Of a stretch of 64,000 nt of DNA, positions 25,202 to 37,350 are shown one piece after another. This stretch comes from Lytechinus pictus (Eukaryota). The stretch is from NCBI RefSeq assembly GCF_037042905.1, contig NC_087251.1, forward strand, positions 42,658,001-42,722,000, given 5' to 3'. The notes beneath the pieces were generated by a model that was given only the letters and a program-made list of their open reading frames with translations, was not told the origin of the DNA and searched no databases. The translations under genes were made by a program, and so were the position numbers. The first letter of the stretch is position 1. Every line of letters begins with the position of its first letter.

Positions 25202-25413
25202 ACTCTGGTATGTTGAATGAATTCTTCTTCCTCTTCCTCTTCCTCTTCTTCTTCCTCATCCATCAATCGGCTGGCCATCTCGCTGAGTTTTTGTGCTAAA
25301 GCCATACGGCGTGATCTACTGGCATACTTGATAGCCAAGCTGACACTTTGATGTGACGTCATCAAGCCACAAACTTCATAAGCGCGAAACTCTCTCTCGG
25401 AACGGCATGCAAG
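25202..25413 (-). CDS. WDHD1: WDHD1 coding exon 18 (LACRSEREFRAYEVC...LAIKYASRSRRMALAQKLSEMA...poly-E)
   Basis: catag acceptor and gtaagc donor, phase 0 to 2; conserved helical region. Confidence 0.95.
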
Positions 25414-26026
25414 CTATGTACAAAGAAAAGTGGGATGGCAAATTCATAGCTCCAATCTAGATCTGGTATTTACAAGGCTAATAACAATTTGCAATGTTAA
25501 GATTTCAATTGACCTTTGACCTCTGTAGACATTTTTAAATACTACTACTACTGATGGTGATGATGATGGTAATGATGATGACGATGATGATGAAGATAAT
25601 TATGATGATGATGATGATAAGAATAATGATAAGTTACATAAATATAGCGGTTATTTTATTCTGTTTCTAAGCGCTTAACATTGCAATTATTATTAATTTT
25701 CTGGCAGGCATTCTCCTGTTGGACAAAGAATTGCTTTTGAATACAAGTAAAAAAATCAATGGTAAATTTAACAAACATATACTCCTAATTGGTTGAAAAT
25801 CAAGATGAATTTGAATTCCGTAGCTGCATTTGATTGTCAAGTACTAAGTTTTGTGTTAACCGGATTTGTCGTTCATGGACCATATTTGGAAGAATACAAA
25901 CTCTTCCCAAAATATTCACCTTTCCACTTCATACAATACAAAAATATGGTATTAATCTGTCTATGGTCCATAGAGACATATATTGGTCTGAAATCCAACT
26001 GATGGAGCAGAAAATGGCAAACTTAC

Positions 26027-26131
26027 AGCGAATAACTTCATGATATTATCTTGTTGTTCTCTCTCCATCTTAGCTTTGATCCTTTCATCGTCAAGATCCT
26101 GGCTCAACAAATTCAGTCTCCAGTAAGCTTC
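26027..26131 (-). CDS. WDHD1: WDHD1 coding exon 17 (EAYWRLNLL...QQDNIMKLFA)
   Basis: tttcag acceptor and gtaagt donor, phase 0 to 0. Confidence 0.92.
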
Positions 26132-26914
26132 CTGAAAGAAAAAGAGAAATTATTGTCATGGGGAAAGTCCATGAATATTTTCCAAAATTAGTATTTAGAA
26201 ATGCACAGTACAATAGTAAAAGATATTAGATCTGAAGATAGATGTTAGTGGAGGAAAGGGGGAGCATATGTTCAAGTTAATTTCATTTAACCAACATCGA
26301 AGTGAATATACAGAGTATAAAACAAAATATGTGTTAAGAATGCACAGGTCAAATTGAAGAAGCATCTTGTTAAATTTGTTCCTTTTGCATATTAAAAAGA
26401 CAATATTTCAAGTTACTGGGCAAACTAATGAAAAAATATCAATAAAAATATACTGCATGTCGACAAGTAGAAAAATGCAACTTGGATTAAAGAGGGTAAT
26501 AGGCTAGGAGGAACAGAATGGACAAAATGAGGAAAGAGGTGGAGGTTTTAACACTACAAGAAGATAACATGTAAAAAAAAAGTTTTTATAAGCACTTATG
26601 GTCATTTTATATTTGCATTATGGAACCGTAATCTTTCACTTCGTAATAATCATTAGCTAAGTACATGCAGATGCACCACATAATGATTTCATGAGGAAAT
26701 CTTCAAATAAAGGTCTAGGTCACCATATCATCACAGATCTAGATCATGTCCAGTTACATAAACTTAACTCTGTGAAATCATGAAATCTAAGCTGAAAACT
26801 GATAACACTGAGAATCACCAACACCAATGAACACACGTGGGACTGCATTGCTACTGCTTGAAAAATGACCCCACATGCGGCTGGCATGTCATGCTTATTA
26901 TGTCCATTTCTAAG

Positions 26915-27160
26915 CAGGCTATGGCACAGTGGAAAACACTCCGTCCCTTGGATTGGACGTTAAATGGAGGCCACGTGTAGAGGAGAGTCACCACCTTTGC
27001 ACGTTAAGAACCCACTGCACTATTCGTATAAGAGTAGGGGAACCCCGATGTAGTGGTCCACCAGCACTCCCCAATCAGACTTGCAGTCATAGTGATTCAG
27101 TTCGCTTTTTGCCTCCCAGGCACAGGTGACGCCAAAAAAAAAAAAACAATGATAATAATA
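26915..27160 (+). mobile_element. 5'-truncated SINE carrying a Deu/Nin-domain-like core
   Basis: ggacgttaaatggagg...cacgttaagaaccc..gcactattcgtataagagtagggg..ccccg resembles the DeuSINE conserved domain as I recall it; followed by an A-rich tail. Confidence 0.7.
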
Positions 27161-27327
27161 ATTACAGAGTTTCTACCTCAATCATTTGGCAAATATTTTC
27201 CATTTACACATACAATGCACTTGGGTGGTCATTTTATTGGATTCTGTTCACACTCACTGTTATTTTAATTGATCGTTTCTACAACTGGCATTTAAATTCA
27301 ATTAGGTGAGGAAGAATATGAACTGAC

Positions 27328-27504
27328 CTCCATTTGACCTTTCTCTGTATTCAGCTCACAGAGTGGAAGCTGAAGCGGGAGGATAGACACCGTTGGACGA
27401 GGTAGAGTTGGAGGAAACGGAGTTCCTTTACATGAAATACATCGGATCTGCTGCTGTTTCTCATGAACTCCCACAATCCAATAGCTGTCAGAATGACCCT
27501 TCGT
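27328..27504 (-). CDS. WDHD1: WDHD1 coding exon 16 (TKGHSDSYWIVG...RCISCKGTPFPPTLPRP...TEKGQME)
   Basis: ggcag acceptor and gtcagt donor, phase 0 to 0; highly conserved AND-1 motif. Confidence 0.96.
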
Positions 27505-28243
27505 CTGCCAAATCAATGACAAGAAAACAAGAAAGTTATTGATACATTGCATCATGCATGCAGTACATTAAATGCAACTTTGTTGACTTTGAAAATCATA
27601 ATGGTCATTGCTAGAAATTCCTTTTGTTAAATTTGATGAATTCTCAAGTGTTAAGACAGAGTTGCCTTAATCCTGAATCTTGTGTTTTTTGTGTGAGTTA
27701 ATAACACACCCTTAGAGAAATATCTGGATGCTCATGCAGCTCTCCAAAGTTTTGAAATGCGAAATCCATCTAGATTAATTTAAACAAAAACCTTAGGTTT
27801 TACTTACCGAAAACTGTGGTCAAATTCCGTTGAAAAACAAGAGGTAATCTAAGAATCATGGAGGAGCATGGCAAGAAATGCTCAAATATGCTTTTTTATG
27901 GAATAAAACATATCTTTGAAAAGTGACTATTTTAAAACCTAATATGAGCTCCTTAATGATTGACTTGATAGATCAATTTGACTAAAAACTTAGTCAATAA
28001 GTGTAGGAATATTTCTATCATATTATCTTGCTTCAAACTGTAAAAATCTCCTGTTGATTTATGAGAACTTACGGTACTTTTGTGTTATATCTATCTAGGG
28101 ATATTCAGAGTAAAAGAGGCATAAAAATTCTTCATCTTTCAGATGGGTCAATATAACCTGACATTTGTTAGGTTTAAGAACAACACTAACACTTTGAAAG
28201 AATAAACATCTAATCTGATTAAGGAATGTATCAGGAAGCTTAC

Positions 28244-28349
28244 ATGATTTTTGGTGTGTGCTACCGGGGTCCACGAGATCAGCTTACGATTAAAGAGTTG
28301 AACAACCCCTCCTGAATCAGCCGTGGCTGCAGTCCCTTCAGCGGTGAAA
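28244..28349 (-). CDS. WDHD1: WDHD1 coding exon 15 (FTAEGTAATADSGGVVQLFNRKLISWTPVAHTKNH)
   Basis: cctag acceptor and gtaagc donor, phase 2 to 0. Confidence 0.93.
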
Positions 28350-29235
28350 CTAGGAATCGAAGCATATAAATTCATCAACCTAATCAATATCGCAGTTTAT
28401 TCTACAATGCCTTAAACCTTGAGAAACAAAAAGCCCAAATTATATTGAATGAATCCTAAGATTACATTTTCATTGCACAAAAAAAAACGAACAGTCAACT
28501 TGTCATATCTAAATTTCAGTTTATTTATAATTCAGTACAGTATCAAAAGACGGTAAAAAAAAAGCCTGCCAATAATTATATGGCTTGAATTGAAACCTTT
28601 CATGAGAAACGGAAGGAATACAGACAGATTCTGGTAAATGTCTCATGAAAAGCAGTCACGGAATTATTAGAAATCCATGCACATTTTATGGTCATTGCTA
28701 GAACAAGCCAGTTTCTTGCATATGATGACCTCGGTGACCTTTGACCTGGTGTCACAAAAATCTAACCACATCATCATTCCCATATATGCATTTAATGCAG
28801 TAATCTGTTTTTATTTTGTACGTATACAACTACCAAACACATAATACACTAACACATACGCAATAAATAGTCACACAAAACATTTTTTTTCGGGGAAAGT
28901 GAATCAGCGGGTTAGGTGAATCACTGGGGGTAAGTGAATCAGTTGAGTGTGTCATGTGTGTTGGTTATGTGCACGCGTGGGCCTAGATAGATGCAAAAGG
29001 GTTTGCCCAATCAATAAAAATCGTCCTGGACGTGGATTATATTCTGTACAGCTCTTCAGTTATTGAAAGAACAGGTCATTATTGTGTATGCAATGACCCT
29101 GCACGCTAAGTAATGACCTAACTGACCTTTGACCTTATTAGCCTCAAATCTAATCAGTCATTTTATTGCGACTCTCACATGCATACAAGAGCCAAGTTTG
29201 AAGGAAAAACAAAAACAGTGTAGACATTTGACCCA

Positions 29236-29544
29236 GGCCCGTATTCTGAAGTCGGGTTTAACTTAAACTTAGGTTTAAAGTTGTGGTTGAAGTATGGATA
29301 GCCAATTGTTACATAAGTCACTAACAGTAGAGATATAATATTTCAGCTTGTTTGGCTCTTAAATCATTCATAATTGTGTAGGAAGTATAAATAAATGATT
29401 GTCTTCACCATCAATGAATCAGGAAAGAGCACAGTAAACATAAGAAACATACTACTTAATAAAAATTTTGACACCTTTGGCTTTCCATAATTTTAGCAGA
29501 GTTAGACAGTGGTCTAAGTTAAACCTGACTTCAGAATACGGGCC
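29236..29544. mobile_element. MITE with ~30-bp TIRs (GGCCCGTATTCTGAAGTC)
   Basis: ggcccgtattctgaagtcgggtttaactta / taagttaaacctgacttcagaatacgggcc. Confidence 0.9.
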
Positions 29545-29580
29545 AATGGGTGGTGTTCTGATAAATAAACCTAGGTTTAA

Positions 29581-30333
29581 CCCTAAATAGACTGGGCTAT
29601 TTTGATGCCTAAGAAGACTGGGGGGGGGCTGATTCAGCCCCCCCCTATGATCTCGACCGTCGACTGCGCGATCGCGACGAAAATTGGCACGTGCATTACC
29701 CATGGCACAATCTCCAAGACTGTAGGATCAAATTTTCCGAAAAATCTCGTAATTCATTAATTATGCTAATTCATGCGTAAAATCAAAGATTTGCTCTAAT
29801 TAACTAAATAAGGCCTCTAAACTGCTAATTTTTCATTCACAGACTCTTTGAAGGATTCTGATCACATGTACTTAAAAAAAAATTCAATATCACAATTCTT
29901 TTCTTATGTATTTTATTGTTTTTAAAATTTCTTATGTATTTCTTTGTTTTTCGACTTTTTGTTTTTTATTGTTTTTTCATTGGAAAGTGTCCGCTACTTT
30001 ATTCTGACCATAAACAAGATGAAATTAATTGAGTTTGATTAGTAAAATTGAAAATAATGATACATTTATGAATTTTGGCTAAAAACACAATTTGCATTGG
30101 ATTTGTACACAAATTCATGTTTTTGAGCAATTTCAGGTCGACATGCACTTACAAAATGTTGCGTAATTTCCGAACCACGTACCCGGGCGTCGCAAATTTG
30201 GTCTCAAAAGTTGCGCAAGACTTGAAAGAAAAAAGTCATGGAACGGCGCGGTGCCAGCTTTTTGCGTTACAGATTTATCGCGAAAAATGTCGAGGGGGGG
30301 GGCTGAATCAGCCCCCCCCCAGTCTTTTTAGGG
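29581..30333. mobile_element. Non-autonomous piggyBac-like element, copy 1
   Basis: TTAA target-site duplication, CCCT...AGGG termini, TIR ccctaaatagactggg / cccagtctttttaggg, no transposase ORF. Confidence 0.88.
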
Positions 30334-31104
30334 TTAACCCTAGTTTAAACTAGAATAGACCAGTTCGGAGTTACTTCATGGACAATTTTGGTCAAACGAC
30401 CTTTCATTTCTTTCATTGTGATAGGCAGCTTTCATAGCAAGATATAACATAAGCATGCTTTACATCGCAGGATGAACAAATTGAATAGACCAGGTGACTA
30501 GAATAGCAAATCAATGAACACTCTATGTAGGTAATTGTTGCATTTCTACTTTGAATGCACATTAGAGAAGTCGTACCATGTACTTGGCAAACTGTGAAAT
30601 ATCAGTCCTTTGTGGACGCATTGTTGTTTTTTGTGGATGTAAATGAAAAACACGATTCAAAAGAATATATGAATAATCAAGACATCAATGTTGGTGCTTA
30701 TCTCATTAAATGTTAAAACCACCATGTCACTTTAGTACCAAGAACCTTTCTCTGATCATGCGCCGAGTGGAACTACGAACAGGCTTTTTTTAAACTACTC
30801 TCCCCTTGAATGCCGGGCTTCCTGATATGTCTTCCATATTCGTGGCACTTATAATGTATCCAGTTAATGACTAAAATTCATAATAATGTTTGTATTTTCC
30901 TCTTCTTCCCATTTCACGACTCAATTAATTCTTTGACATTTTTTTGCAGTAGGATAAGAATGATTTTAAATTGATGAATAAGTTGACAACTAGCATTCCG
31001 TGAAAGTGTGGTTTAAGTTAACCCAGGTTTAGCTAAACTATGGCTTTAGGAATACCAGCAATGCCTCTGGTAGACACCTCCAGCAGGGGCAGACACAATG
31101 TAAA

Positions 31105-31495
31105 GGGTAAATTGCCAATTCGTCTACTGCCAACTCGTCCACTCACCACTTGGTCTACTTTCATTTAGTCTGATGCCATTCCGTCCATCAACATTTCGTC
31201 TAACAACCATTTGGTCTAATCATCACTTCGTCTAATCACCATTTCATCTCATAACCAGTTGGTCTAATATCCATTTTATTTTCATTCATTTTGCACAATT
31301 AACACTTCAGTTCTATTAGACCAAATGGTATATGGACTAAATGGCTATTTGGCCAACTGGTTATTAGACAAAATGGTGAGTGGACGAATTGGCGATTAGA
31401 CCATGTGGATAGTGGACGAACTGATGGTAGACCAAATGATAGTAGACGAGTTGGCAATTGGACGAATTCGCATTAGACGAATTGGAAATAAACCA
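31105..31495. mobile_element. Foldback-type element with inverted arrays of short repeats (TTGGTCTAA / TTAGACCAA); related remnants at ~6560-6900 and ~47280-47545
   Basis: Left half repeats tcgtcta/tggtcta, right half repeats tagacga/tagacca. Confidence 0.75.
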
Positions 31496-31511
31496 ATGTA
31501 CAGTTCCTTAC

Positions 31512-31629
31512 CCAATCCATGATAAAATAGTCTTGGGACTCATCGGTAACCGCCCATCAAACTCTAGATCAGGAGTCTTTTTAAACACAGTCAACAGCTT
31601 TACTCCGATGCACTGATCACCAGGAACAC
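31512..31629 (-). CDS. WDHD1: WDHD1 coding exon 14 (GVPGDQCIGVKLL...LPMSPKTILSWIG)
   Basis: aag acceptor after a T tract, gtaagg donor, phase 1 to 2. Confidence 0.92.
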
Positions 31630-31844
31630 CTTGATATCAAGAAAAAAAAAAGAAGCATATTACAGAAACGTCAAAAACACATTAGCAGAAGATTACCATG
31701 AAGTACACCCTGGACGTCACACAAACAAAATCAAAGTTTTTGCCCTCCCCGGACCTGAGTAAGTTGCCAAGTTTGAGGTAGATGGGTGAAAAGATCTTTT
31801 GTGATCTTGAGAAAAACAGTGTTCTTATTTAACTAACCCTGTGG

Positions 31845-34195
31845 GTTGTAAGATGATATTGAAAGTCATCAGTGGGTTACATAATATTCCATGTCTTTCT
31901 TTGTTGGTTATTACATGATATTCCATATCTACTCTTGTGGGTTATAATAAGATATTCCATGTCCTCTCTTTCTGGTTATAATAAGATATTCCATATTTTC
32001 CTTTGTTGGTTATAACCACGTCTTCCATTTTGGATTATAATATGTTTCATATCTTCTCTTGTGGGTTATAATATTAGATATTCCATGTCTTCTCTTTCTG
32101 GTTATAATAAGATCATCCATATTTTCTTTTGTTGGTTATAATATGATATTCCACATCTTCCATTTTGGATTATAATATGTTTCATATCTTCTCTTGTGGG
32201 TCATAATATTAGATATTCCATGTCTTCTCTTTCAGGTTATAATAAGATATTCCATATTTTCCTTTGTTGGTTATAACCACGTCTTCCATTTTGGATTATA
32301 ATATGTTTCATATCTTCTCTTGTGGGTTATAATAAGATATTCCATGTCCTCTCTTTCTGGTTAAAGTAAGATATTCCATATTTTCCTTTGTTGGTTATAG
32401 CATGATATTCCACGTCTTCCATTTTGGATTATAATATGTTCCATATCTTCTCTTGTGGGTCATAATATTAGATATTCCATGTCTTCTCTTTCTGGTTATA
32501 ATAAGATAATCCATATTTTCTTTTGTTGGTTATAACATGATACTCCATGTCTTCCATTTTGGATTATCATATGATGTTCCATATCTTCTCTTGTGGGTAA
32601 TAATATTAGATATTCCATGTCTTCTCTTTCTAGTTATAATAAGATAATCCCTTTTTTTCCATTGTTGGTTATAACATGATATTCCATGTCTTCCATTTTG
32701 GATCATAATATGATGTTCCATATCTTCTCTTGTGGGTAATAATATTAGATATTCCATGTCTTCTCTTTCTAGTTATAATAAGATAATCCATATTTTCTTT
32801 TGTTGGTTATAACATGATATTCCATGTCTTCTCTTTCTGGTTATAAGATAATCCATATTTTCATTAGTTGGTTATAACATGATATTCCACATCTTCTCTT
32901 TCTGGTTGCAACATGACATTCCATATTTTCCTGTTAGTTATAACATGATACTCCATGTCTTCCATTTTGGATTATCATATGATGTTCCATATCTTCTCTT
33001 GTGGGTAATAATATTAGATATTCCATGTCTTCTCTTTCTAGTTATAATAAGATAATCCCTTTTTTTCCATTGTTGGTTATAACATGATATTCCATGTCTT
33101 CCATTTTGGATCATAATATGATGTTCCATATCTTCTCTTGTGGGTAATAATATTAGATATTCCATGTCTTCTCTTTCTAGTTATAATAAGATAATCCATA
33201 TTTTCTTTTGTTGGTTATAACATGATATTCCATGTCTTCTCTTTCTGGTTATAAGATAATCCATATTTTCATTAGTTGGTTATAACATGATATTCCACAT
33301 CTTCTCTTTCTGGTTGCAACATGACATTCCATATTTTCCTGTTAGTTATAACATGATACTCCATGTCTTCCATTTTGGATTATCATATGATGTTTCATAT
33401 CTTCTCTTGTGGGTCATAATATTAGATATTCCATGTCTTCTCTTTCTGGTTATAAGATAATCCATATTTTCCTTTGTTAGTTATAACATGATATTCCATG
33501 TCTTCCATTTTGGATTATCATATGATGTTCCATATCTTCTCTTGTGGGTCATAATATTAGATATTCCATGTCTTCTCTTTCTGGTTATAAGATAATCCGT
33601 ATTTTCTTTTGTTGGTTATAACATGATATTCCACGTCTTCCATTTTGGATTATAATATGTTCCATATCTTCTCTTGTGGGTCATAATATTAGATATTCCA
33701 TGTCTTCTCTTTCTGGTTATAAGATAATCCATATTTTCCTTTGTTAGTTATAACATGATACTCCATGTCTTCCATTTTGGAGTATCATATGATGTTCCAT
33801 ATCTTCTCTTGTGGGTAATACTCTTAGATATTCCATGTCCTCTCTTTCTAGTTATAAGATAATCCATATTTTCCTTTGTTAGTTATAACATGATATTCCA
33901 CGTCTTCCATTTTGGATTATAATATGTTTCATATCTTCTCTTGTGGGTAATAATATTAGATATTCCATGTCCTCTCTTTCTAGTTATAATAAGATAATCC
34001 ATATTTTCCATTGTTGGTTATAACATGATATTCCATGTCTTCCATTTTGGATTATAACATGATATTCCATATCTTCTCTTGTGGATAATAACATGATATT
34101 CCACGTCTTCTCTTTCTGGTTATAACATAACATTCCATATTTTCCTATGTTAGTTACACCATGATATTTCATGTTTTCTCCTGTGTGATGTAAGA
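31845..34195. repeat. ~34-bp AT-rich satellite with higher-order repeats (including a 408-bp exact duplication)
   Basis: Unit like TTCCATGTCTTCTCTTTCTGGTTATAATAAGATA; identical spurious ORFs at 32530 and 32938. Confidence 0.95.
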
Positions 34196-34214
34196 TAGTA
34201 TTTTATTCACTTAC

Positions 34215-34380
34215 CGACTCCTGCATGATAAGCAACCAATAACTTCTTTCCATATCCAGCCATAGAGATAATAGGTCCCGGTACAGAGAAGACGCCATGT
34301 TGATTACCACTGGTACTATACAACCTCACCAGACGCTTATCGGTTCCGACACCCACCCATCCTTCTCCAAGTCCTAAAAC
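34215..34380 (-). CDS. WDHD1: WDHD1 coding exon 13 (VLGLGEGWVGVGTDKRLVRLYS...FSVPGPIISMAG...)
   Basis: attag acceptor and gtaagt donor, phase 0 to 1. Confidence 0.94.
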
Positions 34381-34721
34381 CTAATAACAACAAAAATACA
34401 AGTTATATCAAGCAAGAAGATGAAAAATATTGGAACTTTGTTTATAATTCATATATAGGCCTATATATTTTTTATATGTATTTACATATAGGCCTAGCTG
34501 TGTGCACCTGAATCGGTAGCCTAGCTTAGCCGGGGTAATAATAATAGCAGGGCCCGCTGGGAGAACAGCTTTCGGAACTGAAGTGGCTACCCTGGGTTAT
34601 ACATTTATAATCATTATTATTAGTAGTAGTATTATAATTAATTATGAATTAATTAATTATAATTAATTATGAATAAAGCACAAAAGTCTAACCATCATCG
34701 TATATCTTCATAGAAATCAGC

Positions 34722-34950
34722 GGGTGAGCAATTGTCGTAAGAGCAAAGGCGTAAGGGCAAATGTCGTAAGATCAAAGGCGTAAGGGCAAATGTCTTAAGA
34801 GCAAAGGCATAAGGGCAATTGTCGTAAGAGCAAATGTCGTAAGAGCATTCATCATGAAAGCGATTGTCGTAAGAGCAATGGTCATAAGAGCAAATGCCGT
34901 ATGAGCAATTGTCATAAGAGCAATTGCCGTAAGAGCAAATGCCGTGGTAG
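34722..34950. repeat. ~15-bp tandem repeat (GAGCAAATGTCGTAA)
   Basis: About 15 degenerate units. Confidence 0.85.
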
Positions 34951-35001
34951 CCTCTTATATCAACCCATTACAATGTCAGCTCAAAGAAATGATACACCCA
35001 C

Positions 35002-35083
35002 CTTGACATTTTCTCCTTTTGGCAATGATGTTGACCATTCTTTCTGGTTATCCCATGAAACAAAGTGGTGACACATCAACAGA
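35002..35083 (-). CDS. WDHD1: WDHD1 coding exon 12 (LLMCHHFVSWDNQKEWSTSLPKGENVK)
   Basis: ttcag acceptor and gtgggt donor, phase 2 to 0; SWD..KEW motif. Confidence 0.93.
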
Positions 35084-35589
35084 CTGAATCATGATAATTG
35101 AAAAATACAAATCAATCAAGAACTTTAATATTGAAAACATTTTCTAAATACTTAATCAAAGCCTATGTTAATGTGACGAGATGCATTATATATAATTTTC
35201 AGTAAAAAAAAATAATTACAACAGTGCATATTAGTCTGTATATAAAGGGCATGTCCCTCAAACTCTCAGGGGGGGAGGCAAGCAGGAGAGGGAGTGTGAG
35301 GGGTGTTTTGATTGACATTTTTTAATGGAATTTTGTGTACTATGATCCCTTTCCGAAGGGGCTGCGGAACGGTTTTGAAAGTGTGGTGGGGGGCTGACCA
35401 TGCAAAAAAATCACAATCAGATGGTCATTTTGGGGTTTTTGTACGCATTTTTTGCCCCCCCCCCCCTCCTCGGCCCGTTTCATACATGAAAAATGTATTT
35501 TATATGGTCAAAAATATGACGAATAAGTCTAAATTCAGACTTAAATCTGAAAAGTGACATTCCTGGCATAGGCATAAAGGAAAGGCTAC

Positions 35590-35774
35590 CTTGGATTTTC
35601 TAAATTGCTCTCAGAAGCAAGCAGGACAGCTTCAGTGGAAAGATCAGCCATGGTGTAGTTATTTTGGTTGTCGAAGTGGAGAGAGTGATGGACAGCCGTA
35701 TCATGGAACTCTACGTCAATAGAGCTTTCATCATCGGTGTCATAGCAACGGACGATTCCAACAGAATTCCATTT
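35590..35774 (-). CDS. WDHD1: WDHD1 coding exon 11 (KWNSVGIVRCYDTDDESSIDVEFHDTAVHH...YTMADLS)
   Basis: ttacag acceptor and gtagcc donor, phase 0 to 2; WNSVG and IDVEFHD conserved motifs. Confidence 0.95.
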
Positions 35775-36165
35775 CTGTAAGTTTGAACAACAATAAATTT
35801 AAAGTTCTATAAGAAATCATCCATTTTTGTTAGTTTGAACAAAAAAATAAAAATAAGCAATTCCATTTCTGTGAGTTCGCACAACAACAAAATCATTCCA
35901 ACAGAATTAAATTCTGTAAGTTTAAACAAAAAATGAATAAACAATGCCAACAGATTAAATTCTGTAATTTGAACCATGACAAAAATATAATTGTGAAAAT
36001 TTTCAATTTCTATAAGTTTAGAAAAAAGTCCTTAAGAATTCTATCTCTGTAATTTTGAAAAATAAAAAAATCCAACAGAATTCCATTTCTATAAGTGTGA
36101 ACAACACAAAATAATAATTCAACAAAAATTTTATTTCTGTAAGTTTGAACAACAACAAAATAAAT
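35775..36165 (-). repeat. Degenerate tandem copies of the WDHD1 exon-11 acceptor region
   Basis: Repeated (+ strand) ccaacagaattccatttctgtaagtttgaacaac-like units, about 8-9 copies. Confidence 0.8.
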
Positions 36166-36343
36166 AAAATTTGCATCCCTTCAATTTTCAAGAAAACAAA
36201 CAAGTAGCAGGGTCCCATTAGACAAAGCTTAGCGATTGATAGTTGTGCCGGTGTTTAAGATTGATCATATACACAATAATCAATGCAGTAAATCATAGAA
36301 ATCAGCATCCAAATCAATCGCTTCGACTGGTTGAAAATCTCAC

Positions 36344-36501
36344 CATGAATCGACTTGAAAGGTGGACAGGTGTGGATGCTGGAATGAATGGTTTCTGCAT
36401 CGGAGTGATTTGAGCAGGGACGGGGGCGCTGAGAACTGGTGGTGGTGCTATGTCAGTCATACCCGAGACACTCTCTGCATCTCCGACCGTCGAAGCACCA
36501 T
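36344..36501 (-). CDS. WDHD1: WDHD1 coding exon 10 (DGASTVG...TPMQKPFIPASTPVHLSSRFM)
   Basis: gacag acceptor and gtgaga donor, phase 1 to 0; QKPF..STP.HL..RFM opens the SepB-like domain. Confidence 0.93.
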
Positions 36502-37130
36502 CTGTCAATGACAATGTCAAGGAGAGATTAACAACATCACTCAACTCTTTTCTGATCACAAATTCTCTCTTTCCTCTTCCTCTTCATCATCTTGTTCTTC
36601 TTGTCTTCCTTCTTCTTCTCAACCTGTTCATGGATACCACTGATTTTTTTATATAACGCATTACGTATGGGGGTATCATTTCGATCTCTTTTCTGTCCAG
36701 AATTGCTGTGGATTAACATAAAGTCGCAAACAATACAAACAGAACAAAATGGATGCGCCCATGCAACTGGGATGATATAAAGTTCCTGGCCTATAAATTC
36801 AAGCAATATATTTGAGAAATCCTGCTCAGTACTATTATCTTCATAGCTCTACTCAATGTTGATATAAGGTTTGAAAATGTAGTATCAAGTGTAGTATCAT
36901 GTGAAAGTTTTGATATATACATCTAGGTAAGGAAATAAAGGCCTTAAACTGGTTGATATTCTCAGTCTTTGGTGACAATGAATTTCTTCTGCTTTACTTT
37001 ATTTTACAGTCCAGCTAAAAGAAATTGCACAGGTGACCGAAGGCCTCGGGCGGGCACGGGTGGACCGCCCATTTCGACTTGGGCCTATCAAATCCAAATT
37101 GAATGAATAAAAAATTGAATTTAAACTTAC

Positions 37131-37350
37131 CTAAAGATGGTGCATCACCCGTGAGCATAGCCAACCTTTGCTTTGCTCGTCTAATCTCTTCATGGACCTT
37201 ATCATCCTCATCATCCTCGTCAACCAAGGCATCTAGTTCATCTTTAGAAATGTCGCCATTGGCTGCTTGTGCCTGGTCGACAGCCTCCAACAGATCTTCA
37301 TCAGCCGCATCATCAAAGAGATCAGCTACTAAGTCATCCATCTCTGATTC
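37131..37350 (-). CDS. WDHD1: WDHD1 coding exon 9, acidic linker (ESEMDDLVADLFDDAADED...)
   Basis: ttacag acceptor and gtaagt donor, phase 0 to 1. Confidence 0.9.

Noticed and set aside
30075..30353. Duplicated ORF (also 44869-45099) as a transposase or paralogous gene
   Set aside because: Short, non-ATG start, no recognisable DDE motifs; lies inside non-autonomous element copies.
36537..36806. Lys/Arg-rich ORF between WDHD1 exons 9 and 10 as an extra exon
   Set aside because: Its frame does not match the phase-1 junction, it has no convincing donor and ends in a stop. Exons 9 and 10 already join in frame.
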